Part shown: positions 12,008-24,890 of the stretch, piece by piece
How the letters are laid out: every line of letters begins with the position of its first letter
Position numbering within the stretch: the stretch's first letter is position 1
Assembly: GCA_905178155.1 (NCBI GenBank)
Contig: CAJINV010000015.1
Span: 62,001-126,000, forward strand
DNA from: Amoebophrya sp. A120
Lineage: Eukaryota > Protista > Dinoflagellata
Direction of reading: 5' to 3'
Length of the DNA: 64,000 nt
Notes under the pieces: generated by a model
What the model was told of the DNA's origin: nothing
The model's input: only the letters and a program-made list of their open reading frames with translations
Databases searched by the model: none
Translations under genes and position numbers: made by a program

Positions 12008-14586
12008 CTACTGGTTTGGTTCGGTGAGCTCTGCCTCGTCAAGTTCTCTGTGGCCGCTGGACTCCAGAAAAGCGATGGTCCACTTCAGGTTGATTAGCAG
12101 AAACTTCAGCGCTTTCGTCCATCTTTCGAGCTCGTTGAACTGCAGACTGATTTTGAAGCCCCCTATCTTGCTCCCGTCGGGCTCGATTTTGAATGGTAAT
12201 CTGACGTTTTTGTCCCGCGCGTGCAGCCACTCGGCCACTTCTTTGGTTGTGATGAGAAAACCAACCATGGCCTGGTCAAAGCGACGCGCTGAGTAGAAAC
12301 GTGTAAATGAACCCTCCGAGCCGTAGAGTTCGAGCGTCTGACCACTCGCGCAGCTGGATCATTTTGAGGTAAAAGAGTAAGATTTCGATGTCATGCTTCT
12401 TTTGAAAAAAATTAACTTCCTGAAGATGAAAAAAATGCAAGTTGAGGGAAGAGGAGCTTCTGCAACATCAAATATGGTGAATTATATCATCTTTAGATTA
12501 TACTCCACAACCGAGCTCGTGTTTCCGCACGGCTGCAAGCGGTAGCTCAGCTCCCCTTCGGGTATTCGCAACTTCCGCACTAACGTGTCGAGCAAAAGGC
12601 AAACAAATCCCCATGCGGAATTTATCTCGTCCCAACTGACGTCCACTTCTGGTAATCGGCCCAACCTGAAACCATTGATTTTTCCGAACTGCTGCGCCGA
12701 TTGCTGTATCGACAGCATGTCGGAAGTTGTGTTCGCACTGGAATAATTACTCGCTCCTTCCGGATGAAGATAGCCGCCCCGCCCAGCACTTGAAGAATAC
12801 CCGTCGTCTGCCGCGGATATCGCAAGAAAAAACTGTTTCACTGTGAACTTGTGATGCAGAACATGGAGCGCAGAACTATTTGTCTTGCTACACCTGCAAG
12901 GCATTGGATTTTCAAGCGTGTTTTCCCTTGGGAAGCGCGCATGACAGGTTTTCACTGTCATGTGTAGCAAACTTGTGATGCAGATCTTGCAAAATCATCA
13001 CAGTGAAACAGTTTTTTCGTGGGATAGCGGAGAAGCCGCAGGTAATGTGAAACGCGTCGTTCAGTACTGAGCTCTATCAAATGTAAAAATGTCTGGGTCT
13101 GGAAGAATGCAAGATTTGTGATGCAGGTTTTCCATGACCCATGAGGTCTGGAATGCGAGACCCAGCATGACAGATTCTTTGGGGTCTCTATCATGCCTTT
13201 CCTGCATGATAATCTCCCTCTCAACTTGGTCGAAAGCGGACAGCTTTTGGCACTCACGCAACACAGATTTTTGCATCATTCAGATTGAGCATGACAAGTT
13301 CTAATCTTCCAGACCCAGACATTTTTGCAATCCATAAGCTCTGCTTCAACCGGGTCAGCTCTAATTTCGTGTAAAGCTCGATCGCTTCCAGCTTCTTCCG
13401 GTTGTCGTCGAAATCAAACAACTCGATTTGGTAATTTGACAGTTTATATCAAATGCAAAAATGTCTGGGTCTGGAAACTTGTGATGCTAAAATGTGACTG
13501 GTGGGCGGACTGCAATACGCAGCCAAGCATGACAAATTTTTCAACTACAGTTTCGTTTTCCGCATGGCAAATTGCGTTTTTGCATGACAGGCAAGAGGCC
13601 ATTATCCTGCTCATGCATTACAGATTTATGAGTCATGCCAGACAAGCATGACGAAGTTGCAGTCTTCCAGAGCCAGACATATTTGCAATTGATAGTTTAT
13701 CCCGGTACAACTCCAACTCCTCTTGTTGCAGCTTCGCTATTTCCCCATCCAGCTGCTTCGACTCTTGCAACAACTGCCTCTCTTCCGCTTGTAACGATTG
13801 GAGCTGTTGTTTCAGGTTCGCTTCCTCGCTCTGCAGCGATTTTGTCAAATTCGCTGCTTTTGTGCTGCTGGAAGAAGAGTTGGAGTTCGCTGTGCTTGTT
13901 TGGGTCGAAAATAAATTGTGCTCCTGCGAAGTGGATTCCTGGTCTTCTAACTTCTTCAGCGCCACTTCCAATTTCCGCCGGTTCTCTTTCACCTCCTGGA
14001 CCTGCCTCTTCGCTTCATTGATCACCTTGGAAACGCACAAATCGCAAACCCCCAGCGCGGAGTTGGATGCTTGCTGGCCACCAGCTGCCGCTCCGGAGGA
14101 CGAGGAGGTTGAGTTGCCACCACTGTTCGCGGCGCTACCGAGAGCGGATAGGGAGCCCGTTGCTCCACCTTGCTCGTTCGTCGTAGAGATGAGTGTTTGC
14201 TTCCCCGTTGCTAACAGCAGTATCCTTTCCACCTTTGCAACAATCTTGTCCTTGTCGTTCCGCGCGTTCTGCTTCCGCCTTTGCTCACTATCTCCTCCAT
14301 CTTGTAAGGACCCACCCGCTCCTGCACTATCTTGGGACGACGAGGGGGTTGAGGACAAATTGCTGTGCAGCTGCTGATGTTGACCCTGTTGCAGTGCCTG
14401 CTGCTGGCCCTGCGTGTAGGATAAGACAACGTCGAAATCATCCTCCTTGATGACGGAAAGCTCCGCGTTGGGTATGGATGAAGTACCCGTTTGGAGGTCA
14501 TTGACCACTTCCAACGCGACGCTACATTTGATGCAGCGCGCCTGCTGCGAGTGCAGGGAGGCGGTGGAGGGCTGGGCAAGGGACAT
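12008..14586 (-). CDS. ATG6: Beclin-1 / Atg6 / Vps30 autophagy protein, 5 exons
   Basis: Coiled coil, then LKQSSVLNDAFHI, FGKINGFRLGRLPEVDVSWDEINSAWGFVCLLL, LELYGS...FDQAMVGFL and QFNELERWTKALKFLLINLKW. Needs removal of three elements (+5 nt each) and one GT-AG intron (12354-12503). Confidence 0.93.
12354..12503 (-). other. Canonical GT-AG intron in ATG6
   Basis: GA|GTATAA...ATCCAG|C gives SSVVDCASGQTLELY. Confidence 0.75.
12818..13026. mobile_element. TIR introner, family E, in ATG6
   Basis: TAT..ATA, TSD GCGGA. Confidence 0.9.
13075..13336. mobile_element. TIR introner, family A, in ATG6
   Basis: TAT..ATA, TSD AGCTC. Confidence 0.9.
13447..13694. mobile_element. TIR introner, family A, in ATG6
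   Basis: TAT..ATA, TSD GTTTA. Confidence 0.9.
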
Positions 14587-16201
14587 AGGATTGGGCGACA
14601 GACCGAGACTTTACTAGAAGTGAACTACTGCCATTAATATAGTTGCGCCGGCATGTTGCGAGATGGATATTTGGATTTATTTGTCAAAGTAGAGTAGACA
14701 GTTGTGCTTTGTTCCGTGTTATGCTTACCAAGTCACCAAGTTTGCTGATTCAGAAAAGTGGACTTCTGGGCTGACGTGACATTGGTTATCGACCGAAAGA
14801 CTATCACATGCAACATTCGCCATTGAAAGGCTCTTGCTTCTTATGAACTGAGATCGATTTTGAGACAGATATCTCGTCGTTGCTGCCTTACCAGATCCTG
14901 ATTACGGGTTCCGAATAAACCCGATGGTTTTATTCTTCCACCTGTGAAGAATAACGTTTTGCGAACACAGAAAAATCGCCGAGTTGCAGGGCAAACCATG
15001 GTAATTAAACAGCGTTGGTGTTTGGAAATGAAGTTTTTTATTTGAAAGAATGCTGAATATTTGAAGGAAGTGGGAAGACACGATCATGAGATTTCCTTGC
15101 GGGTCGGTTTCTGGTCCCTCGTGCCTGTCCACCTCAATGGAGGCTTTTGTTTTGATATTCGTTATATTTTTTCGATGGATTTTCGTATAGAAAGATATAT
15201 CGTTATATTTTCTCCCACATAAAAATTCCACTTGGCGTCTACTTCTACAGACAACAAAGTACTGCCTTCGCGTGCTGTGACGACGCGGGGCCCGAGCTGC
15301 AGCCCCCTTGGCGCAGCTACAACATCCGGTGTCACGGCAGCGCCTTGTATAGTTTTTCAAATAAGTATTTTCTTTGCTACGCACGATGGGTTGCTTTGGA
15401 GGATGAATGGAGTTTCTGGAAAAAGTTAGGGCTGCAAGATCCTCGAATTCACTCCATTAAATCTCTATCACCCCGCTGCGGTGCTTTACTTCTGTCGCCG
15501 ACAGCGAACGAAGTACTCACGGGGAAGCCCCACTATAGTTACATTACAGCTTCCTGTTGTCATCTTCATGCGCAACCACGTTCTTTCTCTTCTTCTAGTC
15601 CTTCCTGCGCTTTATTTACTGGTGGAGAAAAAGAATAGGTCGGGCTTAAAAAATACTTCTAATAGTACTTCTTTGTCGCTTGTGAAAAAATATTTCATTT
15701 GATTAGTTTTAAGAGAGAAATTGTCGTGTGTATATTCCGTTTACGGCACTTTTAGGTTGAACAGCAGATCATCCTGAACCGATTTGCTTTGTTCAAGATA
15801 ACCTGCAACTCCTTCGTCTATCTTCTAGGAACCTTTATTTCCGTGACAACGAAGAAATAATGATAATCTCAAAGTTGTGCATAATCAGTATATCATAAAT
15901 CAAGGTAAGGGCAGTCCTGCTGAACGAAACCCTTTAAGTATCCCAGCCGCGAAGCCATCTTTTCTGTGACGGTTCTGGACTGGATGCAGACCACATATTA
16001 CACGCTATAAGTTTTCGAATCCTAAATTGTACTTCCATACGACAATAGATCGGACACCAAATCACACACATATAGCCATGGCGCCATTCGACCGCACAGC
16101 AATAAATGCCAGTGGTAGGCCAATACACGCTACTAACTGTTTTGTCATACGTACTTTACTGTTGAAGACCTCTCCGAATTCATTTGTCGCTAGTTACCAA
16201 T

Positions 16202-18187
16202 TCATTTGTCGCTTTTGTTACAACAACTTTTCACGATGTTGCTGCTGCTATTTGCCGACTTACCTTGTTCGTTCCCGGACACTTCCAGCCGGCGAAGCAT
16301 TTCTTCTTGAAAATCCGCTGTGCCGTCCGAACTCTTGTCGTCGAAACTCGTGTTGACAGTGACATCGGGTGCCGCTCTCTCATGCATTGCAAATATAATG
16401 TCTGGCGCGTCTGGAAAATTATCATGCTCGCTGATGAATGCCCACGAATTGAGGTGCGTCCAGGTCTACAAGAAAATGCATGACAGAACTCAGGAATATT
16501 ACCGATGGTCGTTTTCAGCATTACAAATCTACCTACAAAAAAATGAATCTTCCACACGAGGATGCCGACATGTTTGTGATGCATAAAAACCTGCTAAAGT
16601 AGAACTATTCCCCGCTGGCCGGAACAGTGGCAGAAAGCGCGTTCGGTTTTCCGGGTCGACAAGCAGTGTGTGACCGCTCGAGCAGGACGAGCTAGTATCG
16701 TGTCTGTCACACATGATGTGCTCCGGCTGTAGTTCGTTTATCCGCATGCCGAGATAAGAACTAGCTGTACCAGCGCGACGACCAGCGTTGTGGCGGTGCA
16801 GCGCTTCCGCGGTGAGGCCGAGGGAAGTAGAGGATGGCTGGTCATGGTTTAGTACTTCGTCGGAGGACAACATCTGGTCGCCCGTTCTTTCGACGCCGAA
16901 GCAGGGATTGTTTCCTTCCTCTGTCATCTCATTATCTCCCCAACGGGGCCGCTTTGGCAGTTGGGGGTCCTCGAAATTATTACCCACCAACAGGCTCCTG
17001 CACCGCTTCCTCATCGACGGCACTCCAGAACCAAGCCACGGCGCAGACATTTTTCTCCCGTCCGAAACATCAAACGGATAAGGAGCGAATTCTCCACTCA
17101 AGCGGGGGCGTTTGGAGGACGTGCTGCCTGGGAGCATCAGGTGACGAGGTGGTGGGCTGGTTCTACTCAAATTCGTCTCATCACGAGCTGCCTCGGCGTC
17201 GGAGGATTGCGCTGTGGCGTGTAACAAAGCAGGAGTAGTGCTGCTAGTAGAATTCGGCGAAGACAGCGACAAGCCGCTGCCCATTTGTTCAACTGCGTTA
17301 GTATCAAAACGCCGGAACAAGGAGGTTGCGTTTTTCCTTTCGAAAAGCCCGGACGAGGACGAAGCTCCTGGAAAAAAAGATCGCTCCTCTTGCAGAAAAG
17401 GTGATAAAAAACCACCACTGTTGGTGGTATTCGTATTGCTGGACTGGTGGTAATCGTTATCCTGAGTAAAAACGTACCCACACCATAGTCAAGATGGGGA
17501 ATCGGCTAGACAAATCCACAAGTTTTGTCTGTTTTGCATGACAAATTTGGATTCGTAGTGTAGTGCTGTTTGAGCTAGCTCAGCAGCATCACAGATCTAG
17601 CATACCATGCTGATTGGAGCATGACAAATTGCAAAACACGACTAGAAAATGCTTCTCATGGGGCTCCGCATGAGAAACATATTCAGCATGCAGATTTGCA
17701 TTACAACTCTGGTGTGGGTACGTTTTTACTCAGGATAATCGTCATACAATGTCTGCTGCTCGTGGGACGAGGTTGAAGAATCGTAGTACAAAGATGTTGT
17801 CGCTGGAAAATTCGAAGACGGTCCGCTCATGACAGGTGGATTGAAATTTTCCTCAGTCGTGGACCAGTTGATGTGGTTCTGAAGAAAAGAAGACGGCTTC
17901 TTGTCCTCCCCGAGCGGGCGCCAAAAGAACACGTCAGGGGACATAGTGCCGGAAGACGACCTTCGGTGGCGATCTTGATTCAAGTCCTGGTGCTGTTCTT
18001 CGGGAATGCGGGGTAAAATCTCGCCACCATGAGGCGGCTTTGCTTGTTTTTGATGTAACAACAACGAAGAGATTTGGGTCTCTACGTCAGGCACCTGTAT
18101 CAATGAAGACATGAACAAAGACCCTGCCACAGCAGGTGGCATGTAGGTAAATGTCGTTAAAAAAGTAACTTTTGGGAGGAGCAACAT
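16202..18187 (-). CDS. Hypothetical low-complexity protein, 3 exons
   Basis: ORFs 17726-18187, 16529-17320 and 16202-16387 join in one frame after removing 17458-17737 and 16381-16585 plus 5 nt each. No recognisable domain. Confidence 0.6.
16381..16585. mobile_element. Degenerate TIR introner, family A
   Basis: CAT..ATA, eroded TIR, no TSD; +5 removal keeps frame. Confidence 0.65.
17458..17737. mobile_element. TIR introner, family C
   Basis: TAT..ATA, TSD ATCGT. Confidence 0.9.
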
Positions 18188-20032
18188 TTTTGAAAAATGT
18201 TTCTACTTCATGTTCATCTCCAAAGAAATTTATTATGAGTCGTCGTGGCCGCTAAATAGATAGTTTTGTTCATTTTTTCTTTTGATATGCGAAAGGACCG
18301 ACAACTCCTGGATCGAACGAAACAAAAGAAAACAAACCAAAAACGACATCACATTCCACGGTAGATCAGAGCCAGATGATCCCTTTTCTTAAAACCAAAC
18401 TGAGCCAAGAAGTTGTAGACAAGCAAGACTAATAGATGAAAACCACAGGACGGACATAAAGATGAGCAGATCGTTCCTTGCACATGGAATACTACCCAAA
18501 GCCGTAAGTAGGGCGGCAGGAATGGAAGAATGCTCCAGAAAAACAAGCCACAAAGCTGTAAGAGGCGAAATTTGGGACGAGGAACACGGATGGGGCGCCG
18601 ACACGGCGGTTGATGACCGTTCTATTTACGCGGTCCTACAACTGGCTAGCCTTCTCCGGTAACAGGTGTGGTTAATCCCGAACCAAAGCAAACGAATACT
18701 GAACACTATAAACCACCAGAATGCAATGCAAATATAGCAGAGTATTTATTTATGACAATGGGAAATTAATAGTTTGGTCATGCAAATAATCATATGACTC
18801 AAGGCCTGTGGAGTACAACACTGGGTCCATGGGAATAATGTTCATCAGCAAATCTGTAATGCTGTTATCATTTGAGGATTGTAGTTTCTCATGCTGTTTA
18901 TCTCTTGACGTTCATCTTGGTTTGTTGTTGTCTTGAGATCTTTATAGCATTGGAAATTTACCATTCTGGATCGAGTGTTGAGCATTTTATCGTTGGAACA
19001 TGAGCATATGCTGACAACAGGCTTGTATTTCTTCTCGATTTTAATCAAAAAAAGTTCCGGCTCCTGCACAATTTTCTTTACACGTCAAATTCAAGGTTAT
19101 ACTCCGTGGTGCATCAAAAGTGGCTTGCTGTCTTTTGTTCTATAATCAATCTAGCAAGCAGTGGATCGCGAAAACAAGATAAGTATCTCTAAGAACGATA
19201 GGCCACAGGCATCACGTGCTCTATAACTTCTTTTTCTAGGTGGACCGAGACAGGAAAACATTATTTGTATTCCATTTCAGGGTAGCCTGTATCTATTCCC
19301 CGATTGCATTTAACGTCCAAGGGCAAAACCCCGGTCTTACTTTTATCTGTAGCGCTATCCGAAATCTAGTGGAGACTTTTTCGGAAATAAGTCAGCCTTT
19401 CTTCTTGGAAGCATCAGTCATTTAGCTTTGGTGAAATGTCCTTGTCTTTTATCCCAAGTAGCCAAGAAGGCTTCACATGCGACCCTCTCGGCAGAGGTAC
19501 CAACATGGCATAGACCCTTTGCCATTCGCTTTCCTATTTGAGCGGTACTCTTTTACTAGTTGGGATTATCGGTGAGTAGTTGCAAACAGGAAAAAGAGTT
19601 GCCCTTGCCCCCTGCTGGGCGCACAACAGAAACAGTTCCTTGCGAAAATAAGTGATCTCATTCGAGACTGGACACGAAAAAAAAAACGAAACTGCTTTGA
19701 AACATAACGAAAAAGTAGTTGCAAATTGTTGAAGTTTTGTTTTTCAGGTGATTTTTCCAGTAGACAGCTGCAAGTCACATCAATAGATAAAAAACATCAA
19801 AATTATACAGGAGTCGCACAAATGTCATTTTGTGCGATGCGGATTCTTCTTGGAAGTCATTGTTACCCCCACGTAGTACTGCTCAACATCTCAGGAGTGG
19901 TTGTGGTGCGGTAAATTTTCGAAAGTAATGTAACTGTAAGTACTTAATAAAAGTCGTACAACCACTGCTCCTGCTGGCTCTTGTCTTCGCGTTCGCTTCC
20001 TTGCTTTGGATCGCGATTAGTTCTTAGCCTTC

Positions 20033-23000
20033 TCAGCTCTCAACCATCACACTATGCTCAGCCGGATCGTAATGCTGTGAAGCGAAGTCCTCTCTTTCAC
20101 CCCGACAGAAATCGCCTTGAGAAGCAAAAGAAATCCCGCTCGGATTTTTAGGAAAAACATCGCCGACGACCGGAGAAACAGCGTTGTTTTCGCCTCCTGC
20201 TGTTGTTCGTCTACTAGGGTAGTTGATGACAACTACATCTCCCGGAGACGTTGAAGTCAGGGCCGAGGTGGACGCAGGCATGTCCGTAGCGACACCAACC
20301 CGCGATGGTGCAGCTACGGTAGAAGAAGAGCCGGAGGCTGAAATGTGAATGTGGTCGTTTTCAAAGTGCTGCCGGTCGCTTTTCCGCACCAGCTTCCGCT
20401 TCCGATTCTCCCGGGATTTACTTGCTTCATCATCTTTCTTCAGGTTCTTCAACCCTGGTGCAGCTGTGGTTGTGGTACTTGCGTTTTGATCCTCAGGACC
20501 CGCCGGCAGTCGTCCCTGCTTCGCCCGCTTGGCGGTTGGAGGTAATTGCAATGGCAGCTGGTCGTCCTCGCGGTTGTGGTCCGCAGGGTCGACGAGGTTC
20601 TTTCCGGTGGCTTCCTTGCTAACGCTGGGCCCAGCACAAAAATCTCGACTGCGCCGCGCCACCTCGTCCTCCGCTCTCAGCTCGGCTAAACGAGCCAATA
20701 TGGCCTCACCGTCGTGATCAAAGTTGTACGGTGACGGCGCTGCGCCTGCACCTGTTCCTGCTCTGGTGCAACGGATACTGTCGAAATGACCTGACTGCAC
20801 CGCACTTCCTTTCAGAAACGGGTGGCGAAGATTTTTACTGGGCGGTGTGTGAAGAAGGTGATGCTCCTCGTCGTAGTTGTGGAGTTGCAACCTGCCAGGA
20901 TTTGTTCTTTTTTCGTTGTAATTGTGATCGTGTTCATCTGCGAAGTTGTTGTTATCGAGCTCCTCCTCGTCCCCATAATACATGTACGACAGTGCTGGCG
21001 GGACCATAGTTGCACATGCCGTTCCCGCCAGATCAGCATGTGAAGTGGCTGCGCCAGTGCTGGAAAGATCGTCTTCTGCCATCCCGAGCAATTTGGGACT
21101 CCGATGCATCTTGAACGGAAACTGGCCAGACGCGTCTGTCAATAACTCCTGCTTGTTGTGAGATTGTGTGCGCTTGTTTATTTTCTTGTGTTTCTGGTCC
21201 TCACGGCGGTATTTTTTCTGACAGTTGGAGTGTATCAGCCGGCCGCCTGTATCAGCTATTACGCCGGGATGATGAATTTGCTCCGTCGCCCGGTAGTTCT
21301 GGAATTCGGGGCGGACCAGGAAATTGCGCTTCTTGTTATGCTGTTGCGCCACACCAAAGCCATACTCATCTTCCTGTGGACCAGTTTCCACCTCTTCGTC
21401 GCTCGATTCTAAATTCATGCTCTTCAAAATCGATGCGAGTTCGAACTCATCCTCAGTCGGAGGCCCGCCCGCTGGTGTTTCGGGGGTCGGACCGCGTGGA
21501 TGTAAAAGCAGTCCGCGCTCGACGTCCAGAGGCAGCTGCAACGGGCTTGCTCCAGCGACTCGTCCTGCAGCGAAAGTACTAAAAAGCGGGCTCTCAGCAA
21601 CATCCTCATCTACTTCAGCATGATGTTCATAATCCATTTCGGTCCTATATTCGGAGGCCCGGCCGCGGGCTCTCAAAGTGAAAAAAGCCCCCGCCCTATA
21701 TTGAAACGGAAATTTCTGTTGCTGGATTTGTGTACACAAATCAGCGCTGTATTGCAGCAAGCGCTTGCACACATTTCCTAAGCCTGATTTGGTATGCCAA
21801 AGGCTAGCACTCAGGCATGACAGACATGGTCGCAGTAAGCAAAAGCGCATGACAGCTTGGCTGTGGAATGCGCCACACGGCTCCCATTTGCCTCATATGA
21901 AAGACAAAGCTGACTTGTGGTCACAAATCACCATCACAAATTTCCATTGTGAGTGTGGGGAGGGGGAGTTTTTCCAGACTTTATTCAGTCTTCTGGTCGG
22001 GGCAAGGGAGAAATCAAGTCCAATGGCACCATGCACAGGCACAGCCAGACAGTGGCAGTGCGGGACACTGCGATAAAATGTAAACCGGCTCCTACGCGCA
22101 ACGACAACGCTCGCTAGGCGAGGCTGTAACAAATGGAGCTTGATGATGAGGCGAGATCGAGAGCGCTTGCAGTTGCAGTTGCGCTCCTAGATGATGTGGT
22201 GAGAAAATTATGGCGACCTGACGCAACAACACTGAACGAAAACGGAAGCCCCTGCGTCTCAATCTATACATGGAAACAGGTGACGTCGCTAAGTTTAGAG
22301 TAGTCATATACCTGTCTTTTCGGGCTGGTCAACAACTGCAGGCAGAATTCTGCTTCCGGTTCTTCAGGTACAGGCCGAGTACAATCTTCCACCGCGACAG
22401 CGTCGAACTATGGCCGGGCGGTATGGCTTTAGCCACGAAAACAGCTGGCTAAAGCCAGTGCTCAGGGGGTTTATTTTTGGCAAAGTGTCCTCATCTACTT
22501 CAGCATGATGTTCATAATCCATTTCGGTTGTACAACTCGTCGCCTGTCCACCTCCCCCACGCTGCCGTAGAATCTGGTCCAAGAGGAGCGGTTGCTTCGT
22601 TCTAGGGTGTTGCAGGAACACCGTCGAAGAAAAGGGATCTACTTCGTCCAAGGGGCGTGATGAAGCTGGTTGGATGGAATTCATCCGGTTAGCTGTCGGC
22701 GCCGACGCCACGACAGCACCTTTGCCTGCAACAGAACTGGGGCTGCGCATTATCGTACGGAAAAATCCCCCCTCCCCATATCAAAACGGAAACTTGTGAT
22801 GCTGATTTGTGGCCACAAATCCGCTTTGTATTGCAGAGAGGCACTGCGGCCAGATCCCCAGGCTAGGTAGGGGCGTATTGCTCTAGTTGTTCAGCATGGC
22901 AAACGACTCCCCTTTAGGCCCAACAGCATGACAAATCGCTTCCATATGGGGCGGAAGGTTCTGCCCTTGTCTCCTTGCAAGACAGATGTGATTTGTGACC

Positions 23001-23777
23001 TCAAATCCGCAAGACAAATTTTTGGAAACATACCTTTTCAATGTGGGGAGGGGGGATTTTTCCTCTCAATACGCATGCCAATTTGGCTTTTCGTTCGCGA
23101 AAGGGGCGTGAATACGCGGCTGTGAATATCAAAGTGAAAAAAGCCCCCACCCCATATCGGAAACGGAAGATGCGCGAATTTGTGATGCTGCATTTGAGTA
23201 CACAAATCAACTTGTATTGCTAGAAGGCCAAGAGACGAAGCTGCGGCCTAAATCGCAGGCAATCTGTCATGCTGTTTCCCGCTTCCAGTTGCCTTTTGTC
23301 ATCCTGGAGCTGCAAGGCTTTCCAACGCTAGACAGCACTACAGTCCGCATCTTTTGCCTTCTAGCATCACAAAGCTGATTTGTGACCACAAATCTGCATC
23401 ACAGATTTCCGTTTTGATATGGGGAGGGCGCATTTTTCATTGTAATAGTGAAGATAGAACTGGTCGTGATCATCGATTTCTGTCGCCCCGACACGCTGCT
23501 GCCCGAATAAATGCTGCTCATGTGGAAAGAGCACTCGGCTTGAAGGAGCCTGAGAATTATCCTCCTTTCCCTGCTGGTGCGGGGACAGGAATAAGGACCG
23601 ACTCGCAGTAGAAGCGGTGGTGCACAGGGTGTTGTTGAGAAAGAGGCTTGCGCCAAGTACTAGCCTTGCGATAGGACCACGACGAAAAACAGCCCGCGCA
23701 GAGGAAGACCTTTGGTGAAGAGGCTGCACACAATGTCCTTGCCGAAGGCTATCTCCTGGTCGCAACATTTTCATCAT
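20033..23777 (-). CDS. Hypothetical protein, multi-exon (structure of 22130-22440 unresolved; could be two genes)
   Basis: Long ORF 20033-21670 plus upstream exons kept in frame across elements 23127-23447, 22751-23071 and 21671-21983. Confidence 0.55.
21671..21983. mobile_element. Degenerate TIR introner, family B
   Basis: TCT..TTA, no TSD; +5 removal keeps frame. Confidence 0.7.
22751..23071. mobile_element. TIR introner, family B
   Basis: TAT..ATA, TSD CGCAT. Confidence 0.9.
23127..23447. mobile_element. TIR introner, family B
   Basis: TAT..ATA, TSD GTGAA. Confidence 0.9.
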
Positions 23778-23877
23778 TTAGAGCAAAATAAATGCGCAGC
23801 AACACTTGCACTGTTGACTGCGGGGCTCTAGTACGAAAAATCTGCGATGAATCTGGCTGAAATTTTGTTGGGTCGCA

Positions 23878-24110
23878 GAAAAAATCTCAAAGTGTGAAGT
23901 GTATGCTCGGGAAAAAAATATCAAAGTGTGAAGTGTATGGTCGGGGAAAAAAACATCAAAATGCGAAGTGTATAGTCGGGAAAAAAATATCAAAGTGTGA
24001 AGTGTATTGTCGGGAAAGAAATATCAAAGTGCGAAGTGTATGGTCGGGAAAAAAACATCAAAGTGTGAAGCGCATGGTCGGGAAAAAAACATCAAAGTGT
24101 GAAGTGTAAC
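23878..24110. repeat. Minisatellite, ~34-bp unit, ~7 copies
   Basis: Repeated AAAAAA(T/C)ATCAAAGTG(T/C)GAAGTGTATGGTCGGG with decaying copies to ~24190. Confidence 0.9.
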
Positions 24111-24890
24111 TTGCTCAGGAAAAAATATCAACGTTGGGTCAGGAATAAAATATCAAGGGCACAGCAAAAATAGGCTCAAGAGTGAAGTGTACGAATGCAT
24201 CACAATTGGAGTGACGGCCTAAAGGAAAAACGAACTTCGCAGGCATAAGACAAGAAAAATATTTCTAGCCGAGCACGAACCTGGCGTCCGAATTAATATC
24301 GCAAGGCAAGTTGAAATCGATATTTACGGATTTTTAGGATACAATTGAAGAAGCAAGCGGAAAGAAAAAGGTAGTATTTATGTTTGCTAACAAACCCACC
24401 GCTGTTGCTGTTTGGGAAGGGAAAAATGATTTCGTTTGAAAAAATGCCAGCGATCATGCTGGAAATAAACAGTTGTGGAGCTGGTTGTTTTTTTGAACCG
24501 GATCAGTTTTCAATTCGGTTTTCTTGCCTGCCACGGTTGATCTTCGTCCTTGACTGATTGGCCTCGAAAGCGAGACGATCTGCAGCCTGGGAAAAGATGA
24601 TCAAGATTCTGAGTAGGATCAGGATTTCGAGTACGCTTCAGGTAGGATCAAGATTTATTTGAAGAGGAGCTCTTTGTACTGGGCCAGATTCGCATCATCG
24701 CAAAATTTAGTAGTTTCGAAGATTTTATTGGGCTGTACATGGCAATGATAGTGATACGTCCGTCGGGTAAGCATGAGTTGAATTATGAGAGCATCGACAT
24801 GACACCTTGAATGGAGATGCACTTCTCAGTCAGAAACAGTAACGCATCGCCAATTTTCTATTTCACTATCCCTGTATGCCCTCAACATCT

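Noticed and set aside
12359-12491. TCAT(T/C) direct repeat suggesting another introner in ATG6
   Set aside because: No TIR, and removal gives the wrong frame; the GT-AG intron 12354-12503 explains the junction.
23878-24110. ~34-bp repeats of CRISPR-like length
   Set aside because: Units are head-to-tail with no unique spacers, so this is a minisatellite.
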